From Tubiluchus corallicola (Eukaryota; Animalia; Priapulida), in assembly GCA_030141605.1 (NCBI GenBank), contig JAQGDQ010000027.1, forward strand, positions 310,001-374,000: DNA of 64,000 nucleotides. Reading direction: 5' to 3'. Made by a program: the position numbers and the translations under genes. Every line of letters starts with the position of its first letter. Within the stretch, counting starts at the first letter, position 1. Of the stretch, positions 54,401-64,000 are shown in pieces. The notes beneath the pieces are model-generated. The model saw nothing but the letters and a program-made list of their open reading frames with translations, ran no database searches and was not told the origin of the DNA.

Positions 54401-56435
54401 TATAAAATAGTAAATAAGTTTAAATGCCTTAATTGCCATAACTGTGGTTGTTTCCGGTTTTATAACGGTCATTTTTACTATCATTAACATTTACTGTAAA
54501 ATCTGACAAAAACTAATGTGCGTTATTAACGAAAAAAGCTAATGTCAATATTGTAATCCAACAGGACAATATCGCTTTAACAAAGAGAGATGTGCAATCT
54601 GATACACTAACTGAAAATGGCCTCTTTCGCTGAGCCCTTACTAATTTCTAAGCAATTTATCACAAAAGAATTCAAAAATTTGGCCTATTTCACAAAATAA
54701 AAATTTTTAAATTTTAGTTACTTGTAATGTTTCAAAAAAGCAAAAGGCCTCAAGTGTACCGCCGTGGACTTGTTGGAAAGTTAAATCACTTTCCTAGACA
54801 TTGTCCAGGGATTGAGTTGGTCCTGAAATGGGTGACTGAGTGATCTAGATTTTGGATTGCAATCACTCAATCTTGAGTTCGAGTCTAGCGCCCACACCAG
54901 GACATATACTCTACATGTTATTCGTTGTTTGTGTGTTGTGTATGCTGTTGTAAGCGTAGGTCATTAAATAAACATCGTCTTTGTCTTTGTTTGGGTAGGA
55001 AAAACAAGCTGAAAACAAACAACATTTGCCACGAGCATTAAATTGCAGCAATTTTTCTGGGTGCAGCCATGTTTAATTAACCACAACTAATTAGGCAGGA
55101 TCAGGGAAAAATTTGAGTTTATTTTATTGTTCAGCATTTATATTGCTTGGTACCAGCCGAAATGAAAAAATTGTTAGAAAGCTCAAAAATCAGCAAAAAA
55201 GGTATGAAAAGATTCCTTACACTCACCTCTGCTTTTTTGGCACACGTTTCAGTTTCATTATGAATCTGAGCCCAGTAGTCTTGATACCTGTATGATGTAA
55301 TATAAATATTTGTCAGTACATTTAATGACTAAATTTCTTTCTATATATACAGTTTCAGGTCAACAATCTAATAGATACAAGATTTAAAAAGCCAGATCTT
55401 AAAATTTGTTAATATAAATTCAATATCTAGTTAACAATAATAGAGTAACTTACAATGAAAGTAATTCTCCTCCTGCATCCGGATTAAAATCAACATATTT
55501 GCCTGACCTAAATAATTAAAAATAGTTTTACTGAAAAATAAGGAATAATTGTCAGTTAATACACGAGCCTTACAAATGTACGTTATCAGAGAAAAACACT
55601 AGATTAAAGATATAGAATTGAAACAATGCTTATATAATAATTGTGCTACTAAACAGCAAAAATTAAAAACAAAACTAGTAACAATTAGTTCAAAAATCTA
55701 CATGTACATCATTTGGAAATGTTATGCAATACTTAATACACACTTAACAAAAGATCCTGTTGGAACTGACGTCAGGGAGTTCAAACTGAAAAAAACGAAA
55801 ACAAACAACTGTAGAGGGTAAAAATAGCCACATATTTTAACCATTTAGTGTAACTAAATTCTGAGATGCTTTATGCTGGAATTACGTTTCAACTCTTCTG
55901 AGTACAGATTTCTTTCTACAAATAGCGGTGACTGACTGACCAGAGTTATGAATGAGCATTACACAGTTGCATCGTGTTGTTGTGAGCAACGCTGAATGAT
56001 GAACACCAAAAATTTACCATGAACTTCGACACTCCATAGCAGAGGCACTTAAAATCCCAACTTAGACTTTCTACTTCATGCATTAAAAAACAGTTCAAGT
56101 AAATTTTGCTGGGACTACATCATGGCTAGAGTTACAAGCAGTTACACTAATTTAGATTTGAGTTTTGAGTATCTTAACTTTGCACTGCATGAAAAGTAAG
56201 GAAAAAGCAGTCATATATTCGTTACAAGTTGCAAAGAAACTAGTTACAGTTATCGACATTGAATTTTGGAACATGTAACATTTCTACTATATTCATCACA
56301 TTACAAAATACAATGTGAAAAAAATAGTTTACACAATAAAAAATTATAAAGCAAATATCAGGAACTTTTATACCTTGTTCCAATTTCTTGTTGAGCAGAA
56401 GCTAGTTTCTGTTTTATTGATGAAATCATTGTCAT
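45430..56435 (-). CDS. DTNBP1: Dysbindin (BLOC-1 subunit 8), ~282 aa
   Basis: Exons 56435-56374, 55785-55744, 55507-55454, 55287-55227, 53932-53800, 46961-46806, 46320-46180, 45629-45430, all phases compatible. Peptides MISSIKQKLASAQQEI, AGGELLSLYQDYWAQIH, SLEENFKSVE, QHAKKVTEYE..KEKEKVFEDEFLKEIEEYRQSG and LEEFLSD parallel remembered dysbindin sequence. Confidence 0.88.
47655..48827. mobile_element. Solo LTR (1173 bp), Gypsy-like, inserted in the LINE
   Basis: TGT...ACA termini and 4-bp TSD caac (47651-47654, 48828-48831). Removing it rejoins the LINE frame SKYYN|ENQFNSL. Confidence 0.8.
49462..50327. mobile_element. Tc1/mariner-type MITE (TA TSD) inserted in the LINE endonuclease
   Basis: TIRs aagtagtcaccacttaatagactcac / gtgagtctattaagcgactactactg with TA flanks. 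Removing it rejoins IDNIFTN|IIDHQLISG...SDHLP. Confidence 0.85.
54829..54991 (+). mobile_element. tRNA-derived SINE-like element
   Basis: A-box-like tgactgagtga, B-box-like gagttcgagtc, body, then aataaa and a (gtcttt)n tail. Confidence 0.5.
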
Positions 56436-59005
56436 CTATGATGCTTACCTAGAAAAATACAAAATACGTTAAAGTATTAGGATCGTTATACCTCTAAGCT
56501 ACTAAGTGTGACACTGACTAGATTTTTTGAGGGCAATCTAGTAGTAATGGAGGGTAATCATGAGAAACAACAATGTAATATAATAGAATTTCTTAAGGGA
56601 CATGATGTTGAGAGGAGACTAGTTCCTAGAATTCAAGTTTACTTCCACGGATTCAGATATAATCACAGTTTGTTAAAAGTATAACACACAATATTATATT
56701 TGTCTCTCATTTATACAAACTAATGAAAATATGCACATTTGGTGATTTTTCTCCAATCACTGTAGGACACACGGACAGCTGGCATGCAACTATATTAAAT
56801 GCGTTCAAGTTAATTCTACCTACTAAATTCTAACTTCGGTTATAAAATTCTGTTTAATTTTTGACTAATCAAGTCATAACCACTACCAAAAAAATTGCAA
56901 AGTCAGTTTATTCAAGTTTACCAGGCAGTTTCAAATTCAAATTCACACATATAGTTTTTTAGTAAAAAGTACTACAGATTCGATATACGTGTTTCTCAGC
57001 ATGACTAAGTAATTGGTCAAAACAATTAAAATACAAGTTATAAGTTTTACAGAACAAAATCCATAGATGGGGAGTTAGCAGAAGATTTAGCACTTGTGCT
57101 GCCTGCCTTCGTTTGTTTAGGATATCCTGACATTGTTTAGGATACCTCATTTCTTCATAAGTTTCTCTCCAATGCAATAATCCTGGTCTTATTATGGTCT
57201 CGCAGCAAATTAATCTAGTGAGTGTTATTCCTAGCTATTACTTTTATAATATGATTATATCTATAAGCAGACCTACCAACTCTCACGCATTAGGTGTGTG
57301 TCACACACACTCATCAAATTTCAGTTCTCACGCATTCCACAAGTTTGCAAAACACCTGGCTTCCTTTGCCTTCAACACTAATTGTGACGCAATTAGTAGT
57401 TAGTACTACTTTAAATAATACACAGTAACATTCATGCATCTCACATCATAATCCATAATTCAGAGATGGGGTATTAGCACAAAAAGCTATTTGCCCCTCC
57501 ACTACGCTAAACTTTTTTCCACTATGCAGAAGGCTTTTTGGCAGTGCAGTAAGTCTTTGAAAATTTTCTGGATTCTGGAAATATAATTGCAAGGGTATAT
57601 TTATACGAAATCGTCTCTTTCGATGACTTTTGTCTACCTTCATGTCATCACGGAATTGAAGTTATCAGTCTCATTAGGTCTATTGTACACATTATTGGTG
57701 GGCAGTTAGAGTAAAAAGTTATAAATATGCACATTCTTACAAGCATGCTGGAAGATTCGTATCAAAAATTGAAAGTTTCCCATATTGGTTGAATCGGTCG
57801 GACGCTCACGACTTCACACGTTGTCACGGTATGCTGTATTATTTAGAAAATATTGCCAGTTTATTATATTTTTTCTGATGAATTCAAAATAAGTTTTTTG
57901 CACTACGGCTTGCAAGCAAGTGGTCGGAAAGTTACTTTTGTCTTACAATCAATCTTAAGCAATGTTATCTTGCAGATTTACTTCGCTTCTGAATACTGTT
58001 ACGGAGAGTGCAGTATGTGTTTGGCAGCAGTTTAGATTTTGATTAGCTAGGAGTTGGCTTTCCAAGTAGCTTTTGCTAAATTTAACTGAGCTATATATAT
58101 AGCAGCACGTATGAAGCATCATTGTCTTGGTCATCATATGTTTTTGGATTTAGCCTTTGATTTAAGATGTGAATAATGCAATGATGATGGGCCTTGCATC
58201 ATCCAGTAATTCTTTAACTTTGAAATCAATTTCAGGTGCGATTGCACCACGTTGCAAGATCTTTTCACATTATTTCTTCAATGATTACAAAATTCAGTTA
58301 TATTGCTCTGTTCTTATATAAACAGCTATGCATATATAATTAGCTAGGCATAGACCTTACTTGCATGTGTAATGGTATATTTTATATTTGTATTCTAATT
58401 CACAAAGGCTGAGTGAAAATAGTGTGTAACTGTTGACAAATAAGGGTCTAGTCTGTATGCATTTTAGTCTTAGATTGCTACTAAATAGAGACCCATAATA
58501 ATTTCGGCAAGTATTAAATAATATTTTTGTATTCGAATGTACCAGTGTGAGATGAACGTAGTTTGTGATTAGCTTACGATTAACCAAGACTGTTTTATAT
58601 TCAGTTTAGTTTCTTCCCTTGGGAATGAACAATTTATGATAGTATAAAATTTGTGACAAAGATGTCTGGAACTTGAATTCCTTAATAATAATTTAACACT
58701 TTACAGTATAGTTGGTTATTTGATCCTTTTTTTCTGTAAACAAAAGGCATTGGTCTATTTATTATGTAATATCTGCCTTAATTTGGTTTATTTTCACTAC
58801 TTTTGATTAACATTAATATTTGTCAAAATACACTAATAAACTTTTATCCATCTTATAAACATTTATTGGAAAATTTATAACTCAAGTGAATATACTTTTG
58901 GAATTTTGCTGAAAGAATTATTGCAGCAGACTTGTCATATAATAATAGTGATGAATTATTGTTTATTTTTAGATTATTCCAATAGACTTGAACTAGTTTA
59001 GAATT

Positions 59006-60390
59006 ATGGATGCTAGCAAAACTGCTGATAAGATTCGGCAAGAATTTATAGATTTCTTTATTGAAAGGCATAAGCATGTCTATGTTCATTCATCTTCTGT
59101 TGTTCCACTTGATGACCCCACTTTACTGTTTGCAAATGCGGGAATGAATCAGGTTTGTCAAGCTTAATGAACTTTTTTGTTTTGTTGCCAGTTATAATTT
59201 TTAACTTCTCTCGTCTTTCTTTTTTAATGTGTCATTATGCAAACTGTGATCATGCCAGCATGTAAAGAAATTTTTTTGGGAGTTACACTGTGAATTTTGT
59301 GCTTTCTCATAAATAGAAAAAAAGCAAATGCATGGATAATATGATATGCAACTTTCAGTTTGTCATGACAACTCAATGTGTGCGTAACGAAATTATAAAA
59401 GAAGAGTTATGTGATAAGTAACAGATCAAGGGTAATGCACCTCCTGAGGCATCAGAATCTCCCTCTTAGTGGATCATCCTTGATAAGTACTTAAGCTTAT
59501 GTGGTGCCCCAAGTGGTGTCAAATCCCTGGATCACAGTTTGTATTTTGTCCAGCACTTAACAAAATGTGTATAAAACCAAGCAGCATATTAGAGCAAAGT
59601 TTATGTCTCATATTGATATAACAACCTATGATGATACTTATGATACTTGTAACTATGACTGCCGGCATTTAAAAAATGTTCGTTTCAAAGTCACTTCAGA
59701 AATTCAATTATAAATAATGTTTACCTGTTTAATAAAACCATTTAGACAAACCACTATTTGTTAATGTCAACTTTCATATCTTATGTGATTGTCGGCTGAT
59801 AGAGTGAAACATGATGCAATTTTTTGCTGAATTTTTTGTGTGAGCAAAAAGCTAAATATTGTTAATTTTGGAAAAAAGTAAACGAAAAGAAACTTTGTTA
59901 CCTTTTGTAATTGAATCTGCACATTCTTAATGGCAAGACTTCTTTATGCTTTTATTAAAAATTTCATTTAGTATTCATCACTAGACAGTGAAGAATGCTT
60001 TTAAATAATCTTTATAATGGGGTACTTGTACAAACAAACTGCACTTTTTAAAGCACTTTTTTCGTTAAAATAATATCAATATAATTAGTGGATCAGTTTT
60101 TCAATTTAAGTTAAATCAATGTAAAAACTGGATTATCAGACCCTCATTGAGGTTTATCTTTTACATGCCCTGTAGCATAATAAAAATTGATTTTTTAAGA
60201 ATGATGTTTACTGTATGTTAAAACTAAAATTATTATAAGTACAAGTATTTAAATTTTTCATGCATTGCTAGGAAAATGTCTCCAAGTCAAAATTTTTGTC
60301 GAAAAGTATCAATACTTGTTATGCATGTTGCTTTATATAATGTGCTTATTATATATATATATATTGATAAAATATCTTATCATCATATAT

Positions 60391-60421
<31 letters not shown>

Positions 60422-63415
60422 TATATGCGGCACATATTATATATATATATTTATATATATGTAGTTCAAGCCCATTTTCTTGGGCATAGTTGACCCACAC
60501 AGTGACATGTCCAAGTGGACAAGAGTGGTCAATTCACAGAAGTGCATTCGTGCAGGTGGCAAGCATAATGATTTGGATGATGTTGGAAAAGATGTTTATC
60601 ATCATACGTTTTTTGAGATGTTGGGCAACTGGTCTTTTGGAGACTATTTTAAGGTACAGCATGTTATGTTACTTGTCTGGCGTCTTGTTTAAAATTGTCA
60701 GGAAACAGGTTTTTAAGGCAATTTGTGTTAATGAACTTTAGAAGAAAAAATGTACCCAAGCTACAGTCAAATAGTCATTTTCTTGCCCCTGTTAAGGGGT
60801 CAGTCATTGCATAATTATTAAGCGTGTCATATTTGTGGAAATAATAAGTTTTTCATATTTCTAAGAAATTCCTTAATTTAATGCTTTATTAAAAAATGTT
60901 GTAAAAAATAATAAAGTATTAGAAATAGTAGCAAGAAATAAAAAACTTGCTTGAACCTTCTTCGAGTTAATCTTGACTTTGCATAACTGTACATAACTTG
61001 GCTCTAGGATACATCTTGACTACCAAAGAAGAATCCTGGTTTAATTGAAATCCGTTTTTAGATAGTATGTGTTTAGTTGTTTCAGTGTTGGTGTCCTTTT
61101 TAACTGGTTTAATTAAATGGTGCACATTATTTGTTGGCTTAAAATTGGCTCACTAGATACCTAAAAATGTTCATTTGCATGAAATTGTGCAAAGCTATAC
61201 AAAGCTAACACATAATACTGGGTGACATTCTATACTGGTTTGTATAGAACTGTTTCAATGTGTCCTTTCTATCCGTTTGTTAAAAACAACAGAAATAGGA
61301 GTTTTTTTACCATAATTTTTATTTATCTTCCTCACTCTTGTAAAAATAAGTATTGTTAAATGATAAATTGACTGAAATGATTATATCCATCTGTATCTAA
61401 TCAATGTGCCTTTTTAGAAAGAGGTGTGCGCTATGGCTTGGGAGCTGCTAACTGATGTGTATAAGTTACCCAAAGATCGTATGTACGTCACGTATTTCGG
61501 TGGCAACCAAGAAGCCGGACTTGAACCGGATGACGAATGCAAAAAAATTTGGTTGGATTTAGGGTGAGAAACATTTTCCATGTTTAATTATGCCTGTTAG
61601 AGTTTTTATTTTACTTCATATCAGTGTTGCTTTACTAAATGAAAACAGGGCCCAATTTAATAAATTTACTAACATTGGGTTAGGAAGTCTGGTACTTTAT
61701 AACTTTGCTAATGTTCAGATTACATTTTTAACTTTGTAACTGTTAGGACTGTGTTTAATAACTTTTCCAATATTAGGACTGCATTCAATAATTTTAATAA
61801 TATTAGGACTGTGTTTAATCAATTTTGACAATTGGAGCTTTAACTTCTAAAAATTTATTAATATAATCTTTATTATATGCTGGCCTGCCTTCCATTTCCA
61901 ACATCAGTAGTGTTTTTGCTTCTGTAGATTTTTTTGTACTTCTCATAATAAAAGTTTAAGAAATATGTTTATATTACTGAGTTTTTTAAACTTGCACCAG
62001 ATGAGTTGTCTAGCAAGTCTACTTTCTTGTAATAGCATTTAGTTATTGCCTTGTTGGAGTGTAAAGGCTGTTAATTACGTGATTAATATCTAAAAGGCAC
62101 AAAATTGAAATTTATTTAGCATTAACAACAATAGAGATGAAAATCTTAGATTGTATATAATTGGTAGTCATAATTTGTATTGCATAAAGAAACCTCTCTA
62201 GAGCTCACATTAGTGTCCTAATAATTTTATTTTAATTGTGAATTTCACCATTAATGGTGTATGGTATACTTTACAAGGAGTTTTCCCTTTTTGCAGCACT
62301 CCTATAGTGCTGGTATTTATAATGGTGTTTGACAAATATTATAGTGGCATTGTTTTAAAAATAGGATTCCTGAAGAACGAGTTATGCCCTTTGGCATGAA
62401 AGATAATTTTTGGGAAATGGGAGAAACCGGTCCTTGTGGGCCTTGTAGTGAAATTCACTTTGATCGTGTTGGAAACCGAGATGCATCCAGTCTGGTTAAC
62501 ATGGATGTACCAGATGTATTGGAAATTTGGAATCTTGTCTTTATCCAGTACAACAGGTATTAAATCTCATTCTCTTTTCTTAATGTCAGCTCTTCATGTG
62601 CAGATGTGTTTTCGGAGTCGCATTCTTGATGCGTAGACAGAATTATCACAAACTCTAAGAGAAGTTCTTAGTTTTCGCTACATTAGATCTATTCATGATA
62701 AAATCAGCTTGTGACTTATAAGTGAATGAATTTACTTTAACCAATGGTTACACTGTCATCATATCATCGTGCTAGTTGACATTATCATTATCAGTGTCAT
62801 CTCAATCATTATTGTCCTTGTTGTCATAAGTATAACCATCACTCGAGTATCAGCAGCAAGAAGAACAACATTAGCAGAAATATAGATGAAGTAATGCTAC
62901 AAATCCGTTGTTAACACACCTGAATTACAAACTGGCAGAGAATTAATGTAGATATTGGATTGTTATTTAAAACAGAGTTAAGTTAATCAGTTCTTCATGC
63001 CCTTTGCAGGTTGCTTTTGTCGCATGTAGAATAAAAACTGTTGCATACTGACTTTATAACTCAAGCATAAAACAAACATAGCATAATGCAACCGTAACGT
63101 AATATAACATATATTATGTTGGCCAAATTGCATTGAATTACGTAATGACAATTTATGATATTTAGCTAATTTTGAAGTTTAAGAAATGGAAAGCAGCAAT
63201 TTTGCTTTATTTTTAAGCGAAAAACAGATCGAAACATTTTTCATATATACTGGATTTGTTATTTTGCTAGGGAGACGGATGGATCACTTAATGCTCTTCC
63301 TAGGAAACATATTGACTGTGGAATGGGTTTAGAGCGAATTGTATCTGTTATACAGCAGAAACCTTCAAATTATGACACAGATCTTTTTCTACCAATTTTT
63401 GATGCTATAGAAAAG
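59006..63415 (+). CDS. AARS1: Cytoplasmic alanyl-tRNA synthetase (5' part; continues beyond the window)
   Basis: Exons 59006-59152, 60465-60653, 61418-61563, 62365-62556, 63271-63415. Peptides: [92 protein letters not shown]. An in-frame stop lies upstream of the ATG, so there is no N-terminal extension through this acceptor. Confidence 0.96.
60350..60461. repeat. Compound (AT)n/(AC)n microsatellite
   Basis: Alternating AT and AC dinucleotide runs ending at the AARS1 3' splice site. Confidence 0.9.
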
Positions 63416-63574
63416 GTTAGATTTTCTTATAGCAAAGTTATCTAGAAACTAATTCAGAATGTGAAGTATTGGCTTTTTTAGTTTTTTGTACCCAACTGTC
63501 TAAATATGTCATTTTGTACGCCATTTATTGTTGTCGTGGAATCTGTTTCTTCATGAATATTCATTGCTGTTATT

Positions 63575-63588
63575 GTTGCTATGGAAAC
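63575..63588. promoter_or_regulatory. RFX X-box-like motif
   Basis: gttgctatggaaac matches the GTTNCCATGGNAAC X-box consensus with one change. Confidence 0.4.
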
Positions 63589-64000
63589 CATTTTATTGTT
63601 AAAGTTTGGAACACAGAGTAACTCTTTTGTGATATCACGATATAAAAACTGGCTAGAAACTCATTATATGAAGTGCAGTGAGAACAAAATAGGCGAAAGA
63701 GACAGCTGTATAGATTTACATTACGAGCGAGTAACAGTATTAAATTTTTGTGATGGGTCTGCTGTATGGTATTTACCAATGTTTGACGAGCACATTAATA
63801 TATGTAAAACTAATTTTCAAGCTTTTGTCTAATTTAAGTTTTTCTTGCTTTGTCTAATTTAAAAGTTTAACTAGAGATGGTTCTTGGCTTTCTCTTTTAA
63901 GTTAGTTTTGGGTATAACAGCTGATAAGCATTCTCTGTTTAGAATATTTTACAAGAAGATGACTGCAATATTTTTTTTTACACGTTTCTGAAAACTACGC

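Noticed and set aside
58181-58321. Alternative mitochondrial-targeting first exon for AARS1 (MMMGLASSSNSLTLKSISG...)
   Set aside because: Short ORF with no convincing in-frame splice to the 59006 exon, and the main acceptor has an in-frame stop before the ATG.

Overview
AT-rich eukaryotic genomic DNA with spliceosomal introns; the gene content indicates an invertebrate metazoan, but the taxon cannot be fixed from sequence alone. Left to right: (1) mitochondrial leucyl-tRNA synthetase LARS2 on the minus strand (20 coding exons, 717-29259, 3' end outside the window). Its 16.15-kb seventh coding intron holds three antisense nested genes: HPGD-like SDR A, an intronless class A GPCR and HPGD-like SDR B. 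(2) RPL13, head-to-head with LARS2, with a TCT/TOP start. (3) An almost intronless ebony-like NRPS (A-T-aaNAT-like domains). (4) Dysbindin (DTNBP1) on the minus strand, tail-to-tail with the ebony-like gene; it has one GC-AG intron and a decayed PHD-APE-RT LINE interrupted by a solo LTR and a Tc1/mariner-type MITE. (5) The 5' part of cytoplasmic alanyl-tRNA synthetase. The most notable signals are three. The two nested SDR paralogues carry opposite cofactor signatures (NADP(H)-type Ala-Arg vs NAD(H)-type Asp). The GPCR between them has a reciprocal N2.50/E7.49 swap. The 3' ends of ebony and dysbindin appear to meet. Gene models were assembled by eye from splice sites and reading-frame continuity, and homology calls rest on remembered motifs rather than database searches.
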